A stretch of 49,127 bases of DNA from Candidatus Hermodarchaeota archaeon (GCA_048885925.1 JBHLLG010000019.1:1-49127), one strand, 5' to 3'. Counted from the stretch's first letter, positions 18,340-28,418 are shown. The notes: a model not told the origin generated them from the sequence alone. Made by a program: numbers and translations.

Positions 18340-19209
18340 TTAATCACCTCTAAGTGGCATTCCATTTAAGTTAATAAAAATATCTGATTTTGATTTTCTT
18401 TCGCGATATGGGTTTTTGACATTTTTTATTTTTCTACCAAATGTTAAATAACCAGTGTGTCCTATCATTCTCACTTCTGGACGCGTAGCATTTTCTTTTA
18501 CTTGGATTCTTCTCTTCATTAATTCATAGGTATTTACTTCAATAAAGTCATTACTTTGCATGGATGAAACGGTTTTTTTAACTTGCTCAATTGTAGGAGA
18601 AAAAGATATAAGAGTGCCACTTAATTTTAAATATTCCTTTACCTTTTCTATGGCGTTCCAAGGGGTAGCAAGATCTAAAACAATGGCATCAACATTCTTA
18701 TGTTTTAAATTATCATTTATAATATCGCCATATTGAATTGTAATGACATCCTCTAATTTAGCCTTTCTCACATTTAATTCTGCTCGTTTAATTGATACTT
18801 CTCTGATGTCATATGAGAAAACATGGCCATTTGGACGGACATTGTTTCCTAAAATGCATGTTAAAGCACCAGAACCGCATCCTGCCTCAATTATGGTATT
18901 TCCTGGTCCAATACCTGAATAGATTAAAATTAATCCGGCATCTTCTGGATAAATAATCTGGGTTTTCCTTGACATATGAAGGATATAGTCAGAGGGTAAT
19001 GGTTTTAATATATAAAATTTGTACCCTTGAGTTTCGAGGGGTTTTGAAAATATTACAGAACCATACTCTTTTCCAATTATATCATTGAACTCAATAATTC
19101 CTTTATGTGTATGAAAATTACCACTAGATTTTACTTGTACTAGCCATCTTCTCTTTTCATCGAGAATTAAAAAGATTAAATCATTTTCTTTAACAATTTC
19201 AGAGCTCAT
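18340..19209 (-). CDS. trmI: tRNA (adenine-N1)-methyltransferase TrmI/Trm61 (m1A57/58)
   Basis: FHTHKG, RKTQIIYPED, EAGCGSGAL, LDLATPW, FSPTIEQV and GHTGYL motifs. Confidence 0.95.
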   Translation of the reverse strand: MSSEIVKENDLIFLILDEKRRWLVQVKSSGNFHTHKGIIEFNDIIGKEYGSVIFSKPLETQGYKFYILKPLPSDYILHMSRKTQIIYPEDAGLILIYSGIGPGNTIIEAGCGSGALTCILGNNVRPNGHVFSYDIREVSIKRAELNVRKAKLEDVITIQYGDIINDNLKHKNVDAIVLDLATPWNAIEKVKEYLKLSGTLISFSPTIEQVKKTVSSMQSNDFIEVNTYELMKRRIQVKENATRPEVRMIGHTGYLTFGRKIKNVKNPYRERKSKSDIFINLNGMPLRGD

Positions 19210-19380
19210 TTTGAAAGTTATCTCAAATTATTACTAAAGTATTAAAACCTCTAATTCTTTAAAAGAAGATTTACTTTTATTATTAATTTATTTACAAAAA
19301 ATATATAAAAAATCTATAACTCTCAAATATATAATCTTATAAAAAACGTTTTCTATATATACTCGTTAATGAAGTAATTT

Positions 19381-20283
19381 ATGAGTAAAGAGAGACCCCC
19401 TCACACATCTCGAATGTCTTTTAGAGAACTTCAGATTCAAATAGAGGATTTGAAACAAAAAAGAGATGAATTAAATAAAAAAACAAAAGATTACATAAAT
19501 GATCTACAAAATATAGAATTAGAAATTGATAATTCTCTAAAAATTGCGAAAGAAAAATTCAAAAAAAAAAGAGATTACTGGAATAATAAGGTTAAATTAT
19601 TAAAAGATAAGAAAATTGAATATAAGACTTTATTAGATAATTTATTAGAAGAAAAAAAGAAATATCAAAATGAAAATAATGATAACAAACAAATTTTCTC
19701 AATAAAACAAATTGAACGCAAAATTGATAATTTAGAGAGAATAATTGAGACTGAGAAATTAGCTATTACTGAAGAAAATACAATAGTAGATAAAATTAGA
19801 GAATTAACTGAAATGAAACAAGAATTTTTATCAGAACAGCAAAATAGTGAAGTTCTAAGAATTGAGAGAAAAATTGAGATTGTAAAAATAAATTTAAATA
19901 AGATTTATGAACAATTAAATAAATGGTCTAACAAGTCTCAAAAAAATCATGAAGGGATGATGGAAATCTATCAGAAAATAGACAAATTAAAAGAAGATAA
20001 GAAAAATATCGAAGAGGAACTAATTGAAAATAAAAAAACTGCTGATGGATATCATGAGCAGTATTTAAAGTTAATGAATCAAAGAAAACATACGTATAGA
20101 GGGAAAAAACCCTATCGATCAAGTAGAAAACCCACTCCTAAAATTGATCAAATTACTAAAAAAAATGAAATGATTGAAAAAATTAAACAGGATAAACTAG
20201 CCACAGCTTTAGAAAAACAGAAAGCTGGAAAAAAATTGAACTTATTTGAAGCTCGATTAATTTTAGAGAAATCTAAAGAATAA
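19381..20283 (+). CDS. Archaeal long coiled-coil protein (COG1340-like)
   Basis: Heptad K/E-rich sequence, KRDELN, LERIIETEKL..TEE, and C-terminal GKKLNLFE motif. Confidence 0.75.
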   Translation: MSKERPPHTSRMSFRELQIQIEDLKQKRDELNKKTKDYINDLQNIELEIDNSLKIAKEKFKKKRDYWNNKVKLLKDKKIEYKTLLDNLLEEKKKYQNENNDNKQIFSIKQIERKIDNLERIIETEKLAITEENTIVDKIRELTEMKQEFLSEQQNSEVLRIERKIEIVKINLNKIYEQLNKWSNKSQKNHEGMMEIYQKIDKLKEDKKNIEEELIENKKTADGYHEQYLKLMNQRKHTYRGKKPYRSSRKPTPKIDQITKKNEMIEKIKQDKLATALEKQKAGKKLNLFEARLILEKSKE

Positions 20284-20452
20284 AAAACTTAAGCGTCTTA
20301 TTTTATTCAATATTATTAAACTATTTATGTATTTGTTTCTACTCATTTTATCAAAATTTTTAAAAATTGAATTGATCCTGAAAAAGGTTTAAAAAAATTG
20401 TAGAGTTATTATTTTAATAAAGTTTATTATTAAAGAAAAAGATTGATAGAAA

Positions 20453-21781
20453 TTGAAGAGTAAAATCATAGAAATCCGAAATCTGTTATTAGAACACCAT
20501 GAATGGTTTCAGAAATCTATCCCATTAATAGCTTCAGAAAACATAACTAGTCCTGCAGTAGAGGAAGCTTGTGCAAGTGATTTCTCACATCGATACGCGG
20601 AAGGATGGAGTGGCGAGAGGGTTTATGCTGGATGTGCATATATCGATCAAGTTGAAGATATTTGTATGGAACTTACTAAAGAGTATTATAAATGTATTCA
20701 CGCAGATGTAAGACCTGTATCGGGAGTTGTAGCAAATTTAGTTATGTATAATGCATTTACATCAGACAACAATGGGAAAATGTGTTGTATGTCTATTGTT
20801 CGTGGAGGTCACATCTCACATGGTCCCAGATTTGCTAAAAGTGGTAGAGAAATCTTTGGTACTGCTGGAACTACTCGAGGTATAAATGTTGAATATTTAG
20901 AATTCGATAATGATGAGATGAACTTGGATATTGATAAATCAGCGAAAATTATTAGAGATTTCGAACCAGAATTGGTTTTATTTGGTGGTTCAGTGTTTTT
21001 ATTTCCACATCCAGTCAAAGAACTCGGTGCTGTTGCTAAAGAGGTTGGAGCTTATGTTGGTTATGACGCTGCACATGTAGCGGGGTTGATAGGTTCTGGA
21101 TACTTTCAAGATCCTCTAAGAGAAGGGGCAGATGCCATGACAATGAGTACCCATAAAACACTTCCAGGTCCTCAACATGGGGCTTTAGTATCCAATAGGG
21201 AAGATTTAATCCCAACATTGAGATCGTGTGCATTCCCTGCTTTATTATCGAATCACCATCTGCATAATGTTGCTGGATTAGCCATAGCATTAGCAGAAAT
21301 GTTGGAATTTGGTAATGAATACCATGGTAATGTCATTAAAAATGCAAAAGCTCTTGGACAAGCGTTATCTGAACAGGGATTGAAAGTATTAATGGAACAT
21401 AAAGGATTTACTGAATCTCATCAAATTGTGGTTGATATTACAGAATTCGAAAAAAGTATAGGATTGGGTGGAGATGTTGAAGAGCTCTTAGAAGAAGCAA
21501 ATATAATTCTTAATCGTAACCTTTTACCATATGATATTGCAGAAGGTAGACATTATCAAAACCCAGGTGGTCTAAGAATAGGAACCTCTGAAGTTACCAG
21601 ACTAGGTATGGGTAAAAATGAAATGACTGATATTGCAGAATTTTTTAAAAAGTTGATAATTGATAAGAAAGACCCTAAAGTAATCAAAAATGAAGTAGCT
21701 GAATTTCGAAAAGATTTTCAAGAAATTAAATATTGTTTTCAATCTAATAGTAAAGCTTACGAATACTTGAAGTTTTATTAA
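20453..21781 (+). CDS. glyA: Serine hydroxymethyltransferase, archaeal type
   Basis: LIASEN, RYAEG, GGHISH, YDAAHVAGLI, STHKTLPGP (PLP-binding Lys) and GLRIGT motifs; TTG start. Confidence 0.97.
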   Translation: MKSKIIEIRNLLLEHHEWFQKSIPLIASENITSPAVEEACASDFSHRYAEGWSGERVYAGCAYIDQVEDICMELTKEYYKCIHADVRPVSGVVANLVMYNAFTSDNNGKMCCMSIVRGGHISHGPRFAKSGREIFGTAGTTRGINVEYLEFDNDEMNLDIDKSAKIIRDFEPELVLFGGSVFLFPHPVKELGAVAKEVGAYVGYDAAHVAGLIGSGYFQDPLREGADAMTMSTHKTLPGPQHGALVSNREDLIPTLRSCAFPALLSNHHLHNVAGLAIALAEMLEFGNEYHGNVIKNAKALGQALSEQGLKVLMEHKGFTESHQIVVDITEFEKSIGLGGDVEELLEEANIILNRNLLPYDIAEGRHYQNPGGLRIGTSEVTRLGMGKNEMTDIAEFFKKLIIDKKDPKVIKNEVAEFRKDFQEIKYCFQSNSKAYEYLKFY

Positions 21782-21872
21782 TTACAATTATTCTTATTTT
21801 TTGTTTAGAATAATAAAACTTATCTTAAAATGTTCATTTAAGAATTATTATAATTTTAGAATATTAAAAGTC

Positions 21873-22706
21873 ATGAGTATTGAAGTTCTAGAAAAATCCG
21901 ACAGAAATCTTACATTCGTTGTAGAAGGAATATCTGTTGATATGGCTAATGCTATTCGAAGAATTATTCTTTCTGAAATACCTGTTATGGCTATTGATGA
22001 AGTAATAATTTTGAAGAACGATAGTCCGTTATATGATGAGATAATTAGTCATCGCCTTGGAATGATTCCTTTAACTACTGATTTAGAAACATATAAACTT
22101 CCACGTGATTGCTCTTGTGGGGGATACGGGTGTCCAATTTGCCAAGTTTCTTTAACATGTGAAGTTACTAATACATCAAATGCCCCTATAGAAATCTATT
22201 CAAAAGATTTGAATTCAAATGATCCTAAAATAATCCCTGTTGATTCAAATATTCCTATAGTAAAAATTGATAAAAATGATAAAGTAATTATAGAAGCTTA
22301 TGCTGTATTAGGAATTGCTAAAGAGCACGTTAAATGGCAGGCAATTTCAAACATTTTCTATAGATTTTATCCCCAAATTGATTTTGATGATTCTAAGTGC
22401 ACAAAATGCCCGGATAAATGCCTTGTTTCAAGAATGTGTCCTGAACGATTATATGATTTTTCAAATAAAAAAATCCCTATTCTTTTAGAAGATTATTGGA
22501 AGACTTGCACACTATGTAATTCTTGTGAGAAGGACTGTCTAGAAGCTGCTATAAAAGTGGGATGGAAAGAAAACACATATATTTTTTCAATTGAGAGTGA
22601 TGGAGTCCTTCCATTTGATACAATTATTAAAAAAACCTTTGAAATATTTTTAGAAAAAATTGATGAATTTGTAGAAAGACTTGGAGAAATAGAGATAGAA
22701 TCGTGA
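21873..22706 (+). CDS. rpoD: DNA-directed RNA polymerase subunit D (Rpo3)
   Basis: ANAIRRIILSEIP, NDSPLYDEIISHRLGMIPL, EHVKWQ and FSIESDG motifs. ATG at 21873 (MSIEV) is preferred over the TTG at 21801. Confidence 0.96.
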   Translation: MSIEVLEKSDRNLTFVVEGISVDMANAIRRIILSEIPVMAIDEVIILKNDSPLYDEIISHRLGMIPLTTDLETYKLPRDCSCGGYGCPICQVSLTCEVTNTSNAPIEIYSKDLNSNDPKIIPVDSNIPIVKIDKNDKVIIEAYAVLGIAKEHVKWQAISNIFYRFYPQIDFDDSKCTKCPDKCLVSRMCPERLYDFSNKKIPILLEDYWKTCTLCNSCEKDCLEAAIKVGWKENTYIFSIESDGVLPFDTIIKKTFEIFLEKIDEFVERLGEIEIES

Positions 22707-22776
22707 ATTATCAAAAAATTATTAAAATATTAAAAATTTAAGATATCAGAAATAATAACTAAGAACGTTGTTTTAT

Positions 22777-23133
22777 ATGTCTCATAAAATTTCAGGTCCT
22801 TCAAACTATTACGTGAGAAAACTAATAAGAGATTTATGGAAAACAAAGATAAATATCTGGAAAAATGTAAGTCGTAAATTAAGCGGTCCAAGAAGAAATT
22901 CAGTTAAAGCAAATTTGTATCGTATTAATAAGAAGACGAAAAAGAATGATATAATTGTTATTCCAGGAAAAGTTTTAGGGATTGGAGATTTAGATCATCC
23001 TATCACAATTGCATGCCTAAATTCTTCAAAATCAGCGAAAAAGAAGATCGAATCATCCGGAAGTAAATTAATAACAATTGAACAATTATTAGAACAAAAC
23101 CCTAAAGGTAGTGGAGTGCAAATCTTTTATTGA
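22777..23133 (+). CDS. rpl18e: 50S ribosomal protein L18e (eL18)
   Basis: IWK..SRKL..PRRN, VIPGKVLG and NPKGS motifs; follows rpoD. ATG at 22777 preferred. Confidence 0.95.
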   Translation: MSHKISGPSNYYVRKLIRDLWKTKINIWKNVSRKLSGPRRNSVKANLYRINKKTKKNDIIVIPGKVLGIGDLDHPITIACLNSSKSAKKKIESSGSKLITIEQLLEQNPKGSGVQIFY

Positions 23134-23166
23134 AATTTAAAATAATTAACTAAATGTGAACTTCTT

Positions 23167-23640
23167 ATGGTAATTGAATATCAATTAATAGATGCTACAG
23201 ATAAAATATTAGGACGTTTGTGTAGTCAGATTGCTAAAAAGGCTCTTTTAGGCGATTATATAGTAGTTATTAACGCTAAAGATGCAATTATTAGTGGGAC
23301 TAAAAAAAACATCCATGATCATTATTTAGCAAAATTAAGTATATCAACTGCAACTAATCCCCGGAGAGGACCGTTTCATGAGAGAAGACCTGATACTTTT
23401 ATGAGAAGAGTTATCAAACAAATGCTACCGAGAAAGAAGATTAGAGGAAAGGAAGCACTTAAAAGAGTTCATGTATATATATCAGATATTCCCGAGCGTT
23501 TTAAAAATAAATATCAAAAATTAGTACCCAAAGAAATTTACAAAGCAAATAAAACGCGACTTTCATATTATAATAAGTATATTACTCTAGAGAATTTGTG
23601 TGAACGAATTGGATGGAAAAAGAGCGAGATTGAGGCTTAA
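23167..23640 (+). CDS. rpl13: 50S ribosomal protein L13 (uL13)
   Basis: IDATDKILGRL, NPRRGPFH, MLPRK and GKEALKR motifs. Confidence 0.96.
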   Translation: MVIEYQLIDATDKILGRLCSQIAKKALLGDYIVVINAKDAIISGTKKNIHDHYLAKLSISTATNPRRGPFHERRPDTFMRRVIKQMLPRKKIRGKEALKRVHVYISDIPERFKNKYQKLVPKEIYKANKTRLSYYNKYITLENLCERIGWKKSEIEA

Positions 23641-23643
23641 AAC

Positions 23644-24054
23644 ATGTCAATGAAAATAGTTCAAGCATCAGGAAAAAGAAAATCGGCAATAGCAAGAGCA
23701 GTATTGAAACATCCAGCTAAAGGACAAGTAAAAATAAATAATGTTCCTCTGCATTTATATGAACCAGAAATAGCTCGGTTAAGAATTCAAGAAGTTTTTG
23801 AAATTATAAGTCATCCAAAACTTGAAAAATGTGATATTGATGTTCGAGTTATTGGTGGCGGTCAGATGGGTCAATGTGATGCTGTTAGGATGGCAATAGC
23901 TAAATCTATCAATAAATTTATTGGAACGAAAACAATTGAGAGATCCTTTAGGGAGTATGATGATTCACTCTTAAGTGGAGACTCACGTAGAACAGAACCT
24001 AAAAAGTTTGGAGGAAAGAAGGCTCGCTCTCGAAGGCAAAAAAGTTTTAGATAA
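23644..24054 (+). CDS. rps9: 30S ribosomal protein S9 (uS9)
   Basis: GKRKSAIARA, GGGQMGQ and DSRRTEPKKFGG..AR..RQKSFR motifs. Confidence 0.97.
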   Translation: MSMKIVQASGKRKSAIARAVLKHPAKGQVKINNVPLHLYEPEIARLRIQEVFEIISHPKLEKCDIDVRVIGGGQMGQCDAVRMAIAKSINKFIGTKTIERSFREYDDSLLSGDSRRTEPKKFGGKKARSRRQKSFR

Positions 24055-24068
24055 CTATTTAGAAAAAA

Positions 24069-25385
24069 TTAATTTTGCTCTATTTGAATACCTAACATTT
24101 TTAAATCATCTAAAAAAGAAGGATAAGAATCTTTTACAATATCAATATTCTGAATCTGCGAACTGGAGTTAGCGTGCAAAGCCGCTATACTACAAGCCAT
24201 AGCAATCCTATGGTCATTATCATGATTGATAGTTGTTCCTGAAATTTTCTCACTTTGAAATATTGTCAATTTATCATCTTCTTCAATAACCTTTACTCCC
24301 ATTTTATTTAATTCCCGAGCCATAGCCCTTATTCGATCAGTTTCTTTATGTCGAAGATGAGAGGCGTTATAAAGAACTGTTTCTCCCTTCGCAAAAGCAC
24401 CAATTACAGATAAAATTGGAAAAAGATCAGGAATATCTTTACAATCAATTTTCATACCTTTTAAGGGATTACTTTCAAGACTTCCATTTACTATTACTTG
24501 ATCCTTATTTTCATCAATTTTTATATCTGCACCCATAGATTTTAGGATCTCAATAATTTTTTTATCTCCTTGAGAATTATTAATATTTAGATTATTAATA
24601 ATTACAGATGATGGATCTTTAGATAATACAGCTGCTCCTAAAATCATTGCAGCAGAAGAAAAATCTCCAGGAATCTTAAATGACTGAGATCTATAATTTT
24701 GCTCACTTGTTATATAAAATCGCCCAATTTCTAAATATGCTTGAATATTAATCCCAAATCTTTCTAGTACATCTAAAGTGATCTCAACAAAAGGTTTAGA
24801 GAGTATTGGAGTTGGAATCTCTATTTCAATATAATCTTTAATTTTACATTTTAATAAAGGACATGTTATTAACAATGCACTTATGAACTGGGAACTTAAA
24901 TTCTCAGAAATCTTAATTTTATTACATAGAATTTTCTTACGTTTAATTTTGAGTTTTTCATCAGATAAATTATATTTTCCGCCCACTTGTTCTAAGGCTC
25001 TGAGAAGTGGAAGAATAGGTCTTTTAAGCTTTAAAAATTCTCCTGTAAGAGTAAGACCACCCTTAATTAGTAGACTTAAAGAGCTAAAGATTCTTAAAGT
25101 AGTTCCAGAGTTCCCACAATCAAGTGGTTTTTTAATAGAACTAAAGGAATTTTTTTCACGTTTCACAATAAATGTATTATCGCTTCGTTCTAATATTTTA
25201 ATACCTAAGGATTTTAATAGATTCATAGTAATTTTCACATCACCGTCTGTCAAAGGATTTTTAATTATTGAAATACCGTCAGCTAAACTTGCAGCAATAA
25301 ATGCTCTATGAGAATAACTTTTCGATCCAGGGGCTGTTATTTCTCCATGTAAACCGTTTGAAATAGGATTAATTTTAAGATCCAT
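24069..25385 (-). CDS. aroA: 3-phosphoshikimate 1-carboxyvinyltransferase (EPSP synthase)
   Basis: PGSKSYSHRA, CGNSGTTLR, SSQFISALL, PGDFSSA, LRHKETDRI and DHRIAMA motifs. Confidence 0.96.
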   Translation of the reverse strand: MDLKINPISNGLHGEITAPGSKSYSHRAFIAASLADGISIIKNPLTDGDVKITMNLLKSLGIKILERSDNTFIVKREKNSFSSIKKPLDCGNSGTTLRIFSSLSLLIKGGLTLTGEFLKLKRPILPLLRALEQVGGKYNLSDEKLKIKRKKILCNKIKISENLSSQFISALLITCPLLKCKIKDYIEIEIPTPILSKPFVEITLDVLERFGINIQAYLEIGRFYITSEQNYRSQSFKIPGDFSSAAMILGAAVLSKDPSSVIINNLNINNSQGDKKIIEILKSMGADIKIDENKDQVIVNGSLESNPLKGMKIDCKDIPDLFPILSVIGAFAKGETVLYNASHLRHKETDRIRAMARELNKMGVKVIEEDDKLTIFQSEKISGTTINHDNDHRIAMACSIAALHANSSSQIQNIDIVKDSYPSFLDDLKMLGIQIEQN

Positions 25386-25466
25386 TAAATGATAAATAGA
25401 AACTTATAGATATAATATTAATTAAATAATCATAGAATATTATTTTTCTATTTTCTTTAAAAAAAG

Positions 25467-26582
25467 GTGAAAATTTTGGATAATTCATTTGGCACTATCT
25501 TTAGGATTACTTCATTTGGAGAAAGCCATGGAAATTTGATAGGAATTATTTTAGATGGTGTCCCAGTGGGATTAGAATTCGATTTAGAGTGTATCCAAAA
25601 TGAATTGGATAAAAGAAAACCAGGTCAATCATATCTAACAACTACTCGTATTGAGGAGGATCGTGTTAAAGTATTATCTGGTATCTTTAATAATAAAACG
25701 ACAGGAGCACCAATCTGTTTAGTAATTGAAAATAAAAATGTTGATTTGGCAATATATGAAAAATTTAAAGATTTCTTACGTCCATCGCATATAGATTACC
25801 CTGCTTTAAAAAAGTATGGCGGATTTTCTGATTATAGAGGTTCAGGACGATTTTCTGGGAGAATCACTGCTGGATTTGTAATGGCTGGTGCTTTAGCAAA
25901 ACAAATATTAAAAAGATATAAGATTACATTATTTGCTTATACAAAGAGTATTGGAAATGTCATTGATGATGAGATTCTGCCTAAAGAAGACTTTGAGAAA
26001 TTGATTGAATTAAGAGAAAAATCTCCTGTTAGATCAATTAGTTCAAGCAAATCAAGTTTAATGGAACATTTAATTAAGGAAATCAAACATCAAAAAGATT
26101 CTATTGGAGGAACAATAAAATGTATTGTTTCAAATTTTCCTGAGGGTAAAGGAGGACCAATTTTTAATAGTATTGAGTCAAATATAAGTAGGGCAATTTT
26201 TGCAATTCCCGCAATTAAAGGTATTGAATTTGGAGCTGGTTTTAAATCATCTGAAATGAAAGGTTCTGAACATAATGATCCTTGGATTTTGAAGAATTCA
26301 TTAATTCAGACAATTAAAAATGATGCAGGAGGAATAATTGGGGGAATTTCTACAGGAATGCCGATTGAATTTACAGTTGCGGTAAAACCTACTTCCACTA
26401 TAGGAGTTCTCCAAAAAACAGTCAATATTAGGACAATGGAAAATGTAGAAATTGAGTTTTCTGGTCGCCATGATCCTTGTATAGTACCAAGAATAGTACC
26501 GGTTGTAGAAGCGATGACAGCCAATGTTTTATTAGATTGTTTATTAGTTGAGGGTTATATCCCTAGGATTCTTAAAGAATAA
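25467..26582 (+). CDS. aroC: Chorismate synthase
   Basis: SFGESHG, TTGAPI, RPSH.D, GRFSGR, GGIIGGISTG, VKPTSTI and GRHDPC motifs. Confidence 0.97.
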   Translation: MKILDNSFGTIFRITSFGESHGNLIGIILDGVPVGLEFDLECIQNELDKRKPGQSYLTTTRIEEDRVKVLSGIFNNKTTGAPICLVIENKNVDLAIYEKFKDFLRPSHIDYPALKKYGGFSDYRGSGRFSGRITAGFVMAGALAKQILKRYKITLFAYTKSIGNVIDDEILPKEDFEKLIELREKSPVRSISSSKSSLMEHLIKEIKHQKDSIGGTIKCIVSNFPEGKGGPIFNSIESNISRAIFAIPAIKGIEFGAGFKSSEMKGSEHNDPWILKNSLIQTIKNDAGGIIGGISTGMPIEFTVAVKPTSTIGVLQKTVNIRTMENVEIEFSGRHDPCIVPRIVPVVEAMTANVLLDCLLVEGYIPRILKE

Positions 26583-26680
26583 TTTAAAATTAAAGTTGTA
26601 GTAATAAATATTATTTCATGATTAACTTCAAAATTTAAAAATATAATCGTTAATAATTAGATTATAATAATTTAAATATC

Positions 26681-26926
26681 ATGACGCTAATAAATCAAGA
26701 AAAATTTATCCAAGAGATCATGAAAATAGTAGATAGATGGTCTTTTGAACAGTGTGCTTATTGTGATGATGGAATTCTAGTTTCAATCGACGGGATGCTT
26801 GATTTCAAATGTAGTAAGTGCGGAAAAACTATGGCTCCTATTGAGTATCTGGGTCAAATTGCTAAAGTTGTTTTTAATTATAGAGAGAATAATATGAATT
26901 TTAAAAATAAATATAAAATTAGATAA
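26681..26926 (+). CDS. Small zinc-ribbon protein (81 aa)
   Basis: CAYC-x15-CSKC pair; ATG start in a gap between co-oriented genes. Confidence 0.75.
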   Translation: MTLINQEKFIQEIMKIVDRWSFEQCAYCDDGILVSIDGMLDFKCSKCGKTMAPIEYLGQIAKVVFNYRENNMNFKNKYKIR

Positions 26927-26990
26927 TAATTCATAATAATTTCCTTCTGAGTTCAAATTTTCTAATAAATGAGTCAGCCTTAAGGTTTTT

Positions 26991-28418
26991 ATGATGAAAA
27001 TGCCAATCACAGCAATATTATTAGGGGCTGGAAGTAGGGGATTTCATACTTATGGGAAATATGCCATAAATAATGAAAATAAGTTAAAATTTGTAGCTAT
27101 TGCAGAACCAATCAAATCAAGACGTGACAAATTTGCTAATTTACACAAAATTCCCCCTAATAGGTGTTTTAAAAGTTGGGAAAATTTACTCTCAGAAAAT
27201 AAAATAGCAGATATTGCATTAATTTGTACTCAAGATCAGATGCATACAGAACCTACATTGTTAGCTTTAGATAAAGGATATCATGTATTATTAGAAAAAC
27301 CAATGGCGCATCGACTTAAAAACTGTATTGAAATAGTGAAAAAGGCAGAAGAAACAGGTAAAATCTTAGGGGTAAGTCATGTATTAAGATATACCGAATT
27401 CTTCTCAACTATTATCAATATTATTAAAAAAGGATTATTAGGAGATATTATCAATATCTCACACAGGGAAAATATTTCATGGTATCACATGGCACACAGT
27501 TATGTACGAGGACCATGGGCATGTGTAGAAAAATCATCGCCAATGATTCTATCAAAAGCGTGCCATGATTTAGATTTACTATATTGGATGGTGGATTCTC
27601 AACCAAAAAAGATAAGTTCTTTTGGTAACCTTTTGCATTTTAAATCTAAGAATGCACCTCCAGGAGCACCAGAATTTTGCTTAGATGGATGCCCAATAAA
27701 AGACAATTGTAAATACTATGCTCCAAGGACATATATTGATATAATACCTATAATTCAGATTATGCTTAAAGGAAAACGTAGATTTTTTAGATGGTTAGGA
27801 AACTTGAGGAAAAACCATATAAGATTATTAACAATTCTGGCTAAAATTATTCCTATATTTAAAAAACTAAGGTATTGGAGTGAATGGCCTGTTAATTATT
27901 TATATACAGAACAAGAAGAAGATTACTCAGATGGAGCAAAACTGAAAATTCTTAAGACAAGTCAATATGGCAAATGTGTTTACTATTCTAATAATGATGT
28001 TGTGGACCATCAAGTAGTAAATATTGAGTTTGAAAATGGTGTTACAGCAAATTTCACCATGCATGGATTTAGTGAAAAAGAGGGCAGAACTCTCAGAATT
28101 GATGGAACAGAAGCAACATTGATAGGTGAATTCCATGATGCTTATAAGAAATTAATTCTTTATAATCATTTTTCAGGAGAGAAAAAAGTCATTTTAAATC
28201 AAAAATTATCCATTGGCGCAGCTGAACATGGTGGAGGTGACTCAAAATTAATTGATGCATTCCTTGAATCCTTAATAAATCCTAACTTTGAACAACCTTT
28301 AACAAATGCAAGGAATTGTCTTGAAAGCCATTTAATGGCTTTTGCTGCTGATGAATCTCGTATTAAAGGAATTGTTATAGATATGGATGACTTTCGCAAG
28401 AAAACAGAACTTCTTTAA
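26991..28418 (+). CDS. Gfo/Idh/MocA family NAD(P)-dependent oxidoreductase
   Basis: GAGSRG, LLEKPMA, HVLRY, HSYVRG.W, K.CHDLD, NDVVDHQ, HGGGD and ESHLMAFAA motifs. Confidence 0.92.
   Translation: MMKMPITAILLGAGSRGFHTYGKYAINNENKLKFVAIAEPIKSRRDKFANLHKIPPNRCFKSWENLLSENKIADIALICTQDQMHTEPTLLALDKGYHVLLEKPMAHRLKNCIEIVKKAEETGKILGVSHVLRYTEFFSTIINIIKKGLLGDIINISHRENISWYHMAHSYVRGPWACVEKSSPMILSKACHDLDLLYWMVDSQPKKISSFGNLLHFKSKNAPPGAPEFCLDGCPIKDNCKYYAPRTYIDIIPIIQIMLKGKRRFFRWLGNLRKNHIRLLTILAKIIPIFKKLRYWSEWPVNYLYTEQEEDYSDGAKLKILKTSQYGKCVYYSNNDVVDHQVVNIEFENGVTANFTMHGFSEKEGRTLRIDGTEATLIGEFHDAYKKLILYNHFSGEKKVILNQKLSIGAAEHGGGDSKLIDAFLESLINPNFEQPLTNARNCLESHLMAFAADESRIKGIVIDMDDFRKKTELL

Noticed and set aside
19381-20283. 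Coiled-coil protein as a possible SMC, ESCRT-III or intermediate-filament-like protein
   Set aside because: No ATPase motifs; length and C-terminal motif fit the widespread archaeal COG1340-like family.
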